From: an uncultured Spirochaetota bacterium
Lineage (GTDB): Bacteria > Spirochaetota > Brevinematia > Brevinematales > JAOACQ01
Reading direction: 5' to 3'
Assembly (NCBI GenBank): GCA_963783575.1
Contig: CAWAOD010000011.1
Span: 384,001 to 448,000, forward strand
Length of the DNA: 64,000 nucleotides
Part shown: positions 21,963 to 31,987 of the stretch, in pieces
Position numbering within the stretch: position 1 is the first letter of the stretch
How the letters are laid out: every line of letters begins with the position of its first letter
The notes under the pieces: generated by a model
What the model was told of the DNA's origin: nothing
The model's input: only the letters and a program-made list of their open reading frames with translations
The model's database searches: none
Position numbers and translations under genes: made by a program

Positions 21963-22721
21963 TTGCGAATATACACCATATCAGATTTACATGTTGACTA
22001 TCAGGAAAACTATGAATGGCTGGTCAATCTGTCAAATGATGATTATAAAAAAGACGTATTAATATTAGGCGGAGATTTAACGAATAATACTCATTTATTT
22101 TTTGAATCTTTCAAAATCATAAGAAATAAATTTCTTGAAGTAATTTATATTCCTGGGAATCATGATCTCTGGGTTATTGGGGATAATGTGAAGAATTCTT
22201 TTGAAAAACTAAAGCTTATTACTGGAATGGCTGCTGATTTTGGGATTATAATGACGCCATATTACCATGATCTTTATACAATCATTCCCATGTATAGCTG
22301 GTATGACTATACATTTGGGGATCCTTCATCAAATTTACTTAATATTTGGATGGATTTTAAAAATTGTATATGGCCGGAATCTATGGATTTAAAAGAAATC
22401 ACAGGAATATTTTTAGGCATGAATGATTTAAATTTAGAGAGGAAAAGTGGTTTTGTCATAACTTTTTCTCATTTCCTGCCAAGAATTGATTTGATGCCAT
22501 CCTATATACCTCGGCATTTACAAGAACTTTATCCGGTCCTTGGGACACATTTATTAATGAGGCAAATTAGCTATATAAAGCCAGATATTCATCTTTTTGG
22601 CCACAGTCATGTAAATACTGAAATAATAAAAGATGGTATTAAGTTTATTAATAATGCTTTTGGTTATCCTTCTGAGACTCGTATTGCAAGAAAACATTTG
22701 TTATGCATTTATGATGTATGA
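21963..22721 (+). CDS. Calcineurin-like metallophosphoesterase, PptH-like
   Basis: SDLH, GGD, PGNHDLW, WYDYTF, SHF and FGHSH motifs. Confidence 0.85.
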   Translation: MRIYTISDLHVDYQENYEWLVNLSNDDYKKDVLILGGDLTNNTHLFFESFKIIRNKFLEVIYIPGNHDLWVIGDNVKNSFEKLKLITGMAADFGIIMTPYYHDLYTIIPMYSWYDYTFGDPSSNLLNIWMDFKNCIWPESMDLKEITGIFLGMNDLNLERKSGFVITFSHFLPRIDLMPSYIPRHLQELYPVLGTHLLMRQISYIKPDIHLFGHSHVNTEIIKDGIKFINNAFGYPSETRIARKHLLCIYDV

Positions 22722-22813
22722 AGTATATCAATAATAAAAAATTCCTATTGTAATTTTACATAATTTTATTTTTGTACTAATATAAGTAATAAAAAATAAT
22801 ATATGAGTTTAAA

Positions 22814-23593
22814 ATGACAAATTATGAGGCATTTAATAATGCTGAGGAAACTATACGGATTGACAGAGAAAGTGTGCATATCTGGTTGGTGGATACAGAT
22901 AAACTAGAACACAATCAGAAAGTCTTATCTGATATTTTATCAATTGATGAAATAGAAAGAGTCAATAAGTTTGTTTTTGATAAGGATAAAAAACAACAGA
23001 TCATTTCACGCGGAATATTGAGATTGCTGTTAAGCCGGTATATTAATTTGGGTCCAGAATCTATCCGCTTTTCGACTATAAAAAAGGGGAAACCAATCTT
23101 AAATCATTCTGAGTATCAGAATATAAAATTCAATTTATCTCACTCTGGGAAGTACATTGTTTATGCAATCGCTGGAAACCGGGAAGTTGGAATTGATATC
23201 GAATATATGAAGGATATAAATGATTTTGATCAGATTATTGAGCGTTTTTCTTCAAAAAAGGAAGCAAAGGAATATTTAGAATTACCTATTGAGATAAGAA
23301 AAAGGGCTTTTTTTACATGGTGGACCCGGAAAGAGGCGTTTATTAAAGCTCTGGGGGAGGGTTTGTATATGCCTCTGGATCAATTTTCTGTATCACCTAA
23401 TCCAAATATTAAATCTACGATTGAAATTCATAATGGCAGCATTAACGGTGGACAATGGGTTTTAGAAGATGTTGACATTGAAGACAGCAATTATGTTTCA
23501 ACGATTGTATTCAATAATGAAAATAGTGATGAATTTTACGGTTATAAATTGCCGAAACTAAAAAAAATGAACATAAGAGATATCATAAATTAA
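22814..23593 (+). CDS. Sfp-type 4'-phosphopantetheinyl transferase
   Basis: GKP, FNLSHSG, VGIDIE and WTRKEAFIKALGEG motifs. Confidence 0.95.
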   Translation: MTNYEAFNNAEETIRIDRESVHIWLVDTDKLEHNQKVLSDILSIDEIERVNKFVFDKDKKQQIISRGILRLLLSRYINLGPESIRFSTIKKGKPILNHSEYQNIKFNLSHSGKYIVYAIAGNREVGIDIEYMKDINDFDQIIERFSSKKEAKEYLELPIEIRKRAFFTWWTRKEAFIKALGEGLYMPLDQFSVSPNPNIKSTIEIHNGSINGGQWVLEDVDIEDSNYVSTIVFNNENSDEFYGYKLPKLKKMNIRDIIN

Positions 23594-23646
23594 AGATAAT
23601 TTAAATAAATTACTGCCGAAATAATCAATTTATCAGAGGGTGTACT

Positions 23647-24291
23647 TTGGTTAAAGTATTAAAGCACTATTTTAATTATAGTTATATTATCTATGATCCG
23701 GAAACCGGAGATGCATTTTTAGTAGATCCTTCTTGGAATGCCGAGAATATTGATAATAATCTTTCCGGTTTAACGCTTTGTGGAATATTATTAACTCATC
23801 ATCATTATGATCATGTTAATTTGGTGAATCAAATAATCGCTAGACGGGATGTGCCAGTTTTTATATCCAAAGATGAAGCGGAGTACTATCATTTTAAATG
23901 CAATAATTTAACCACCCTGATAGATGGTGAAAATATTTCTCTTGGAAATATAAATGTAAAATCAATACTCACACCGGGGCACACAAAAGGCGGTATGTGT
24001 TATCAGATTGGAAATGATTTGTTTACCGGAGATACTTTGTTTATTGAAGGTTGCGGTATTTGTCAATTTGATGGTGGAAATCCCTATGAAATGTTTGAAA
24101 GCATTAAAAAATTAACGAACTTGATTCCTAAAGAAAATTTGGTATATCCAGGCCATTCCTATGGAAAACCACCTGGTATTATATTTAAATATGTTTTGGA
24201 AAATAACATTTATTTCCATTTCGAAGATAGTGAGAAATTTGTTAATTTTAGGATGAGAAAGAACCAAAAGAATCTTTTTAAATTCATATGA
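23647..24291 (+). CDS. MBL-fold zinc hydrolase, glyoxalase-II-like, resembling PksB/BaeB
   Basis: NYSYII, THHHYDH, TPGHT.G, TGDTLFIEGCGIC, YPGHSYG and NIYF...F..FRMR. Confidence 0.8.
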   Translation: MVKVLKHYFNYSYIIYDPETGDAFLVDPSWNAENIDNNLSGLTLCGILLTHHHYDHVNLVNQIIARRDVPVFISKDEAEYYHFKCNNLTTLIDGENISLGNINVKSILTPGHTKGGMCYQIGNDLFTGDTLFIEGCGICQFDGGNPYEMFESIKKLTNLIPKENLVYPGHSYGKPPGIIFKYVLENNIYFHFEDSEKFVNFRMRKNQKNLFKFI

Positions 24292-24354
24292 GCAGAATCC
24301 TTTCCTTAACTAAATGCGGAAATTTGAAAGCATATATTGATGATTTTAAAAAAA

Positions 24355-25227
24355 TTAATGTCCGGAAATCGAAATCTGATTATTTACATTTGAAATTTCA
24401 TCAAGTAATAACGAGAATCCCATACTTTGAAATTTCACTATAAGTTTCCTGTCGGAATCCTCAATCCAGAAGAAGGTGTCCTTTGATATCGAATCCATCA
24501 GCTTGCTCAGAAAAGGGTCTGCGGCCATCAAGGTAATTTTTATAGTATTAAAAGTTCCCGCATTTGACTTGATTTTTTCTTTCCCGATGATCCTGTAATA
24601 GACGGGGAGCGGCTCCTTTAATAATTCCGGCATCACATAAAATAAAATTCCCGGTCTGGATATGTCCATAAACCTTGGCCCGAAAAAACTTCCCGAAATC
24701 ATATCCCAGACAGGGTAGCCGGGCTTTAGATTTATTTTATCTTTTCTGGATTTGACTTCATAACCATCCCACAACTTGTTTTCAGCCTCAAAAACATGGT
24801 CTTCCGTATTTACCAGGTAATGCCAGTAGAACATTTCGTTAAAAGTAGAAGGTTCTCTATCTTTGTTTCTGTTTGTACTGTAAGTTCCTTCCGATTCTTC
24901 AAGAGAGCCTTCTTTCATGGATACCGTATAATGTACTTTAAAATTAGTATAATACAATGGTAATTGTTCATTATTGGTCAAAATAATTCCCTGCTGATAT
25001 ATTAACGCGGACATTCCTCTATTTGTGATGATTCTTGTTACAAAGAAAATATCCTTGTTTTTTTCTCCACCGATTGTTTGTTTATAGTGAAGGAATTCGC
25101 CGTCATTTATTGAAAGATTTGACGAAGGTTTCAACGGTACAAAAGCCTGCTTTCCGCTCATCGGGTAAACCAGAGTAAAATTGAAAATAAGAATTACGGC
25201 CGGGATAATAAAAAAATACTTCCTCAT
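24355..25227 (-). CDS. Exported protein, paralog B
   Basis: Signal peptide; GEFLHY, PVWDM, AGTFNTIK, DPFLSKLM and FWIEDSDR. Confidence 0.82.
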   Translation of the reverse strand: MRKYFFIIPAVILIFNFTLVYPMSGKQAFVPLKPSSNLSINDGEFLHYKQTIGGEKNKDIFFVTRIITNRGMSALIYQQGIILTNNEQLPLYYTNFKVHYTVSMKEGSLEESEGTYSTNRNKDREPSTFNEMFYWHYLVNTEDHVFEAENKLWDGYEVKSRKDKINLKPGYPVWDMISGSFFGPRFMDISRPGILFYVMPELLKEPLPVYYRIIGKEKIKSNAGTFNTIKITLMAADPFLSKLMDSISKDTFFWIEDSDRKLIVKFQSMGFSLLLDEISNVNNQISISGH

Positions 25228-26067
25228 ATCAGCTCCTTAAGATAAAACATTGTATTATATGATTGAATTTTAACTATCAGATGCCTTTTAGAGTTTTCGA
25301 TCCAGAAATTGGTGTCTTTCAAAATTGATTCCATGAATTTTGAAAGAAATGGATACGGCTGCCAGGAACCCGACCTTTTGCACTTTGAATCTGCCGGCTT
25401 TTATATTTATTGTTTCGCTGTTCAAAAAGCGATAAATTACAGGCAGCGGCTCTTTAATGATTTCCGGAACTATATAATATGTAATTCCGGGGCTTTTGAA
25501 ATCAAGAACCCTGGGTGCGAAGAAAATCGCTGTAGTTATGTCCCAGATCGGGAAACCAGGCTTAAATTTTATTTCATTCTTTTTTGTTTTTAGCGCATAA
25601 CCGTTCCAGATATTATTCAAGTAATCGGTTTTGTTTAGATTTTCATCCATTTTGTAATGCCAGTAAACCTCGCCGTTAAAGCCGCTTGGAACATTTTCAC
25701 CATAATCGTTGGTTCTGTACTCGCCTGTTGATTCCAGAAGCGAGGCTTTATCCAGCGATACAATGTAATAGCTCGTATAATTTGAATAATTCTCCGGGAT
25801 TACCTTTGGTTTATGAATATTGCTGCCTTCCATATAAATCCTGGTGTATTTACCTTTTCCTTTTATATTTTCAATCCTTGTAACAAAATTTACATCCGTA
25901 ATTTTCTCGCCGCCGTTATATTTCCCATAGTGCAGAAATTCACCGTCTGATATTGACAGGTTTTCAGAAGGTTTTAAAGGTATATATGATACCTTGCCAA
26001 TCATTGAGAAAGAAAAACCAGTCATTATTGTTAATAAAGAAATTGTAAGAATTATTTTTTGAAGCAT
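25224..26067 (-). CDS. Exported protein, paralog C (frameshift near 25335)
   Basis: Same motifs; shifted tail PFLSKFMESILKDTNFWIENSKRHLIVK ends in a TGA overlapping the ATG of paralog B. Confidence 0.8.
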
Positions 26068-26095
26068 AAGTCCTCCAAAATAGTGACATCGAATC

Positions 26096-26955
26096 TCAAT
26101 TCCTGATTGCGGATATACCTGAGAGCAGTGTAATGGATCCGAATACCTGCATTTTAATAAGAAGACGGCGGTCCGAATCTTCCATCCAGAAAAAACATCT
26201 CTTTAGAGTATGGTTCAAGTAATTTGCCTAAAAAAGGATCGGCTGATTTCAGGCTCAATTTTGTTGTCTTGAATTCCCCGGCAGGCGTTTTTAAAGTTTC
26301 TTGTCCCATTATCTTATACATAACCGGTATCGGCTCTTTTACTATCTCAGGCACTGCAAAATAGAAAAATCCGGGTCCTTTAAAATTCATAAAACGTGCA
26401 GCCAGGAAAGTTCCGGACATCATATCCCAGACAGGGAAACCCTGTTTGATTTTAATTTGATCTTTCCTGATTTTTATCTGAAACCCGTCCCATGACTTTG
26501 TTTCAAGATTTAAAGCGCTGTTTTCCCGGTCGATCCAATAATGCCAGTAATAGGAATTATTAAATCCGGACGGCTCATTTTCAATATTCCGGTTTGTTCC
26601 GAAATAAATTTCCGACTCAATCAGGGTTGCACTGTCTAAAGAAATTATATAGCAGGAAGTATAATTTGAATAATTCGAAGGCATTTTTTTCCCCGCTGCC
26701 AGGTTCTATTCCCTCTTCATATATTTTAATGATACGGCCGCTAATATTATTAACCTGAAATTTTGCTACAAAGTTTATATCAAGCGATTTTGATCCTCCG
26801 TCAAATTTCTCGTAATGAAGCATCTCACTGTTTTCAATTCTTAAAGATTCCGCCGGTTTTATCGGAATATTTTCCGGTCTGCCTGCCAGCGGATAAATGG
26901 TGCAATAAAAGTGAATTAAAAATAATAATATAAAAAGTATTATTGAATATTTCAT
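26096..26955 (-). CDS. Exported protein, paralog D (frameshifts near 26685 and 26190)
   Basis: ORFs 26617-26955 and 26154-26684 plus shifted tail FWMEDSDRRLLIKMQ. Confidence 0.78.
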
Positions 26956-26968
26956 TTATTCCCTCAAA

Positions 26969-27821
26969 TCAGTCTTTCCATTGAGATACTTCATCCAGAA
27001 TATTAATATCATGTCCGAACTGCATTTTTACAATCAAACCTCTGGGGGAATCCTCAATCCAAAATAATAGAATTCCAGCAAACGGACTCAAAAGTTTTCC
27101 GAGGAAGGGATTTGAAATTCCAAAGCCGACTTTTATGGTTTTAAAAACACCTGCCCTGGTTTCTATGGTTTCCCCGCCTAAAATTTTAAAATAAGCGGGT
27201 ATGGGATCCTTCACATACATAGGTTCGATTATGTAAAAGATGCCCCCGCTATTCAAATCAATTGTCCTGGCACCTATTGATTCAAGGGAGTCGATATCCC
27301 AGACCGAAAATCCCTTCTCCAGTTTCTGCTTGTTCAAAACCGTCCTCCTGTCATTTTTACTGATAAACTGCATTTCGATTAATGCAAGATTTTTATCATG
27401 CGTCAAATTTCATATCCAATATGGACGGGATTTTAACATTCATATTTTGCGTATCCAGATTAGAAGTGTTATAATAAATTTCATTGATTGAATTATGTGT
27501 CATTGAATAAATTATATATCCCTGGTAATTTGAATAATTTGAGGGAATTTTCATTTCATCTCCAGCTTTTACTATTTCGCTGTATTCTAAAATTTCATGA
27601 CTGTTTTTGTTAACAATTGTAACAAGATACATTGTATGGGTTTTTTCTCCATCGACAAACCTTGAATATTTAAGGAATTCTTTATCCTGTATCTCTACCT
27701 GTTTCGGTTTAACTGGAACTTTTTCCATTTTGCCCATGGAAAACAAATGTCCCTGAATCAATATTAAACTTATAGAAACAAGAAATACTTGTATATAAGT
27801 CTTTCTTTCTTTACCGCTCAT
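26969..27821 (-). CDS. Exported protein, paralog E (frameshift near 27405)
   Basis: ORFs 27396-27821 and 26969-27406; EFLKY, PSNYSNY, ETIETRAGVFKT and FWIEDSPR. Confidence 0.8.
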
Positions 27822-27880
27822 AAATAATACCCCACTATTATTTTTATATTAATAATATGACTCATATTTGATCAAATAAC

Positions 27881-27918
27881 AATAGGACTGAGGCCTCATT
27901 TTGGTAGGAATGAGGACT
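27881..27918. promoter_or_regulatory. Candidate operator (inverted repeats) upstream of the paralog array
   Basis: AATAGGACTGAGGCCTCATT-N8-AATGAGGACT. Confidence 0.45.
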
Positions 27919-28028
27919 TAAAGTGTATTACCGGAAGGCAATAGGGATTGCCGCAGGATTATCGCAGAACCGGAATATCGGATATAAAAGTCAAAATCAA
28001 TTATCTATAGAACAGGAGAATAAATCCA

Positions 28029-28127
28029 ATGCCTGAATATAAAGTTTCGATAATAATGCCGGCTTACAATCGTGGTTTCATATTAAAGTATTCGGCAGGA
28101 AGCCTTTTAAACCAGGCCCCGAAGAAT
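28029..28127 (+). pseudogene. 5' remnant of a family-2 glycosyltransferase
   Basis: AGGAG RBS then MPEYKVSIIMPAYNRGFILKYSAGSLLNQ; similarity ends where it meets the lipase gene. Confidence 0.7.
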
Positions 28128-28938
28128 CCTTTCGATAGAGATCAATTATTTCTGTGTGTGAAATTCCTCCGCCTCCAGGATTGCCGCTTATAAATCCCTT
28201 GAAATTTCCCCAGACACATGAATTGGTCGGTACAATTCCATCACTTTTACCTTCATTTGATAAGATAATATTATATGGAATTTCGAAAAGGATATCATGA
28301 AGAGGATCAGTCATCATTGCTCCGCAACTCTGATAATAAACAGAAGAAATATCAGTAATTGTAGAATTAAAATTACTCATATTTTTTGGTGTGAGTTCAA
28401 GTGCTGCAATATAGCTTTCCGGTTTCATGTCACCTATAATCTCTGCGTAATAATTTAATAAGTCGGCAGCTGGTATTTTATATTTATCCACAGTTGATAT
28501 TGCAAAATCAGCGAAACTGCTTCCCCAATGCGGAGTTGCTATGGTTGTAAGACTAGCGACACATTTTCCCTTATCCAGCTTAGTGATAAGGTACCGGGCT
28601 TCAATTCCACCTTTTGAATGAGCAATAATATTGATTTTTTCTGCGCCGGTTTCGGCAAGAATAGTTTGGATACGGCTGTATAAATGGCTGGCATTAATTT
28701 CAATTGGCTGAAAAGCATCCTGCCCGCTTAAATATACTATAGCCCCTTCAACCCGAAGTCTGGTTGGGATTCTTCCCCAATATGGCAGAATTTTATTATC
28801 ATCCCAATAACCGAATCCATGCACAAGCAATATTGGATACCTGGTTTTGCATGAATCGTTTTTATTTACTCTTACCGTATTTAAATATGAACAAGACGCT
28901 ATGATAATTGAAAAAATTATAATTATATTAATCTTCAT
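28078..28938 (-). CDS. Triacylglycerol lipase-like alpha/beta hydrolase lipoprotein; C-terminus probably truncated
   Basis: YPILLVHG, AHSKGG nucleophile motif, TPHWGS, DGIV and SHTEIID. Confidence 0.88.
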   Translation of the reverse strand: MKINIIIIFSIIIASCSYLNTVRVNKNDSCKTRYPILLVHGFGYWDDNKILPYWGRIPTRLRVEGAIVYLSGQDAFQPIEINASHLYSRIQTILAETGAEKINIIAHSKGGIEARYLITKLDKGKCVASLTTIATPHWGSSFADFAISTVDKYKIPAADLLNYYAEIIGDMKPESYIAALELTPKNMSNFNSTITDISSVYYQSCGAMMTDPLHDILFEIPYNIILSNEGKSDGIVPTNSCVWGNFKGFISGNPGGGGISHTEIIDLYRKDSSGPGLKGFLPNTLI

Positions 28939-29047
28939 TTGAATCCTTCTATTGATTTTTTCAGATCAGTTTACTTTATTTTATTCAGTTATTCAATATG
29001 CAAACGGATACATGCAAACGAATACATTTTACATTTCATATTCATTC

Positions 29048-29076
29048 TTGACAAAGATCAGTGAGGTAAATAAAAT
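29048..29076 (+). promoter_or_regulatory. sigma70 promoter for the SDR gene
   Basis: TTGACA-17 bp-TAAAAT. Confidence 0.65.
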
Positions 29077-29196
29077 TTATTTAAGGATTTGAGCCCGAAG
29101 GGGTAGACGATTTAAGATAATTTTAAATATTATAGATAGTTATAATTTTGAAAAGAAAGATTTTGATAATTCGAAATCAAGAAACAGGAGGGATCT

Positions 29197-30036
29197 ATGG
29201 CAACATTTAAACCAAAAAACATTGTAATAACCGGTGGAACTCGCGGAATAGGGTTTTGTATGGCTAATGAGTTTCTAAGGCATGGGAATAATGTGACAAT
29301 TTCGGGAACCAGTGTTGAAACACTGAAAAATGCTTTGAGTAAATTTGAAGAATATGGTAACAGGGTTCAGGGTACAATCTGTAATGTAACCAAATTTGAG
29401 GATGTTAAAAGGTTTTGGGATTTTGCGGTTGAGAAATGGGGGATTGTTGACATTTGGATTAACAATGCAGGAATTAACCAGCCTTATTGCGCAATCTGGG
29501 ATTTATCCGAAAACCGGGCTGAGGAGATAATCGCCACAAATATTACTGGAATGATTTATGGTTCGCAGGTCGCTATGCGAGCTATGATTGTCCAGGGGCA
29601 TGGAGCTATTTATGACATGGAGGGTTTGGGGAGCAATGGCGGACATATGAATAATCTAAACGTTTACGGAACAAGCAAATGCGCTTTAAGATATTTTACC
29701 AGGGGTATGATAGGAGAAGCGAAACCTTACAACGTTATTGTCGGTACTTTAAGTCCGGGGATGATGGTTACGGATTTTGTCGTTAAGCCATTGATGCAGG
29801 ATAAAGCAAGATTTGAGAAATCTAAAAAAATGATAAATTTGATAGCCGATAAACCTGAAAAAGTTGCGGTATTCCTTGTTAAAAAAATGCTGGCAAACAA
29901 AAAAAACGGCGCACATTTTGCATGGTTTACTACTGCCAGGTTTTTCGGCCGGATGATTAAATCAATCTTTGTAAAACGTGATCTTTTTTCAAGCGTGACC
30001 TGTCTGCCGCCAGGCAGGCCGATTGACCATTACTGA
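29197..30036 (+). CDS. Short-chain dehydrogenase/reductase
   Basis: TGGTRGIG, NNAG and YGTSK. Confidence 0.92.
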   Translation: MATFKPKNIVITGGTRGIGFCMANEFLRHGNNVTISGTSVETLKNALSKFEEYGNRVQGTICNVTKFEDVKRFWDFAVEKWGIVDIWINNAGINQPYCAIWDLSENRAEEIIATNITGMIYGSQVAMRAMIVQGHGAIYDMEGLGSNGGHMNNLNVYGTSKCALRYFTRGMIGEAKPYNVIVGTLSPGMMVTDFVVKPLMQDKARFEKSKKMINLIADKPEKVAVFLVKKMLANKKNGAHFAWFTTARFFGRMIKSIFVKRDLFSSVTCLPPGRPIDHY

Positions 30037-30215
30037 ATAATCAATAAAACATTTTAAATCAAAATTATAATTAATAATAAAATATGGATGCGTACCGGAT
30101 AAAATTGATTTATCTTTTATTTATAATTATATTTTGAAAAAGGGAATACATATATTTTTTACTCATTCGGAGTGGTAAAATGACAAAAGTTTTACCTGCC
30201 TGGTGGCAGACAGGT
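29998..30215. repeat. Pair of 21-bp GC-rich mini-palindromes in inverted orientation (29998-30018, 30195-30215)
   Basis: ACCTGTCTGCCGCCAGGCAGG versus CCTGCCTGGTGGCAGACAGGT, one mismatch. Confidence 0.85.
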
Positions 30216-30229
30216 GAAGGAGGATTGAC

Positions 30230-31048
30230 ATGGCAGAATCAAGGGTTGTGCTCATTACAGGGTGCTCGACCGGGATCGGGCGTGATCTGGCTGGCCGGAT
30301 GACCGACGCCGGATACAAAGTGGCGGCAACAGCAAGGAATTCTAAAATGCTTGAAAATGTAAACGCGTTAATGAAAGTGCCTCTCGATGTAACAAGCGAC
30401 AAATCTGTCATCAAGGCTATTGACAGTGTGATAAAGACTTTCGGACGTCTTGATATTCTTGTCAACAATGCGGGTTATGCAGTACGGGGCGCAATAGAGG
30501 AATTAACGGATGAGGCTATGAAATCAATGTACGACGTCAATGTTTTCGGCCTTGTACGCCTTATGAGAGCCGTTGCCCCATTGATGAGGAAGCAAGGCCG
30601 GGGGAGCATCATAAACATAAGTTCCATTGTCGGGAGACTATCAATGCCGGTTAACGGTGGTTATTCGTCTACCAAGTTCGCTGTAGAAGCCCTCAGTGAT
30701 GCAGCGCGACATGAACTCAGACCTTATGGCGTTGATGTGATTCTTATAGAACCAGGTAGTATCAGTTCTCATTTTCATGAAACCGCAGAATCTGTCTCGG
30801 AAAAGATATTGCAAAATCCGGAATCTCCATACAGGAATCTGTACAAAAGAATGGAAGATTTTACCGTTGCTCAGCGAAGCAGAGATCCGGAGGTTGTTTC
30901 CCGGACAGTGCTTAAAGCCCTTACGGCCCGAAAGCCAAAACCAAGATACCTTGCTGGAGCCCCGGCGGGAGTTAAGTTATTGTTTTATATAAATGGCCGT
31001 CTGCGCGATAAAATTTTTGATATAGCGCTGAAAAATACTAAGTCATAA
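30230..31048 (+). CDS. Short-chain dehydrogenase/reductase
   Basis: TGCSTGIG, NNAG, YSSTK and EPG. Confidence 0.93.
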   Translation: MAESRVVLITGCSTGIGRDLAGRMTDAGYKVAATARNSKMLENVNALMKVPLDVTSDKSVIKAIDSVIKTFGRLDILVNNAGYAVRGAIEELTDEAMKSMYDVNVFGLVRLMRAVAPLMRKQGRGSIINISSIVGRLSMPVNGGYSSTKFAVEALSDAARHELRPYGVDVILIEPGSISSHFHETAESVSEKILQNPESPYRNLYKRMEDFTVAQRSRDPEVVSRTVLKALTARKPKPRYLAGAPAGVKLLFYINGRLRDKIFDIALKNTKS

Positions 31049-31059
31049 ATATGCAGGCC

Positions 31060-31977
31060 CTATGACTGATTCTTAACCTGGAACGCGAGTTCAATCCTGT
31101 TCTTTGCCCCTGTTTTTTGGTAGATATTATAAACATGATTTTTAACAGTTTTAAGTGAGATGAATAATTTTTGGGCTATCTCCTGGTTGGATTTACCCTG
31201 AATCATAATAAAAAGAATTTCCCTCTCCCTGGCCGTAAAATTATGTTTTTTCAGAAAAATCTCATTGGGTTTGATATCGATAAGATTTGAAGGTTCGAAT
31301 TTAAAAAAACGAAATGCATAGATAATAAAGAGTATGTTCCAAAGTGTATAGAACAGGATATTCCACCAGAACCTGATTGAATAAAATGAAGACATATAAA
31401 TTTTAATGGCAAAAATAGAAGTATCGAGGAAAACGAATAAAAGAAATGAGATTATCATTATTATTACTTTTTTTATTTCGTAATCCTTAATTTTTCTGAA
31501 GTAAAAAACGGTAATACCAAGCGAATAGAGTAAAAGTAAAATAAAAAGAATATCCTGGGCGGGAAGAACGGAAAAATAAACCGGTTCATTATTTGATATT
31601 AATTTTAATATATATGGGAAAAACCGGATAAAAAGCGCAATGACGGCTATAATGCCGCATATGATATTTCCTGTGGTTTTGTACGGGACGGACAGAATGC
31701 CATGAAGAAGAATGGGAAATAAAAAGATGATCAGGTAGGATAAGTCAACGCTTAGAGTGAATAGAAAAAGCTGTAAAGTCGTTTCAAAAATAACATTAAC
31801 CTTGAAATAAAGAAGAAAATTATACAGAAGAATTTTTATCATTATGATAAAAAAGAAAAAAATAAAGTATTTTAAAATAGGCTTTTTTGTCCTGAAATAA
31901 AACCCTATTGAAGTAATAAATGAGAATAAGGCCGTCATAAAAGACATAAAGAAAAGGAATACCATGAAATGTTCCAT
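31060..31977 (-). CDS. Membrane-anchored LuxR-type transcriptional regulator (multi-TM sensor plus HTH)
   Basis: About seven hydrophobic segments; C-terminal T.RE.EI....QGKSNQEIA.KLFIS.KTVKNHVYNIYQK. Confidence 0.9.
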   Translation of the reverse strand: MEHFMVFLFFMSFMTALFSFITSIGFYFRTKKPILKYFIFFFFIIMIKILLYNFLLYFKVNVIFETTLQLFLFTLSVDLSYLIIFLFPILLHGILSVPYKTTGNIICGIIAVIALFIRFFPYILKLISNNEPVYFSVLPAQDILFILLLLYSLGITVFYFRKIKDYEIKKVIIMIISFLLFVFLDTSIFAIKIYMSSFYSIRFWWNILFYTLWNILFIIYAFRFFKFEPSNLIDIKPNEIFLKKHNFTAREREILFIMIQGKSNQEIAQKLFISLKTVKNHVYNIYQKTGAKNRIELAFQVKNQS

Positions 31978-31987
31978 TTTTCCGCCT

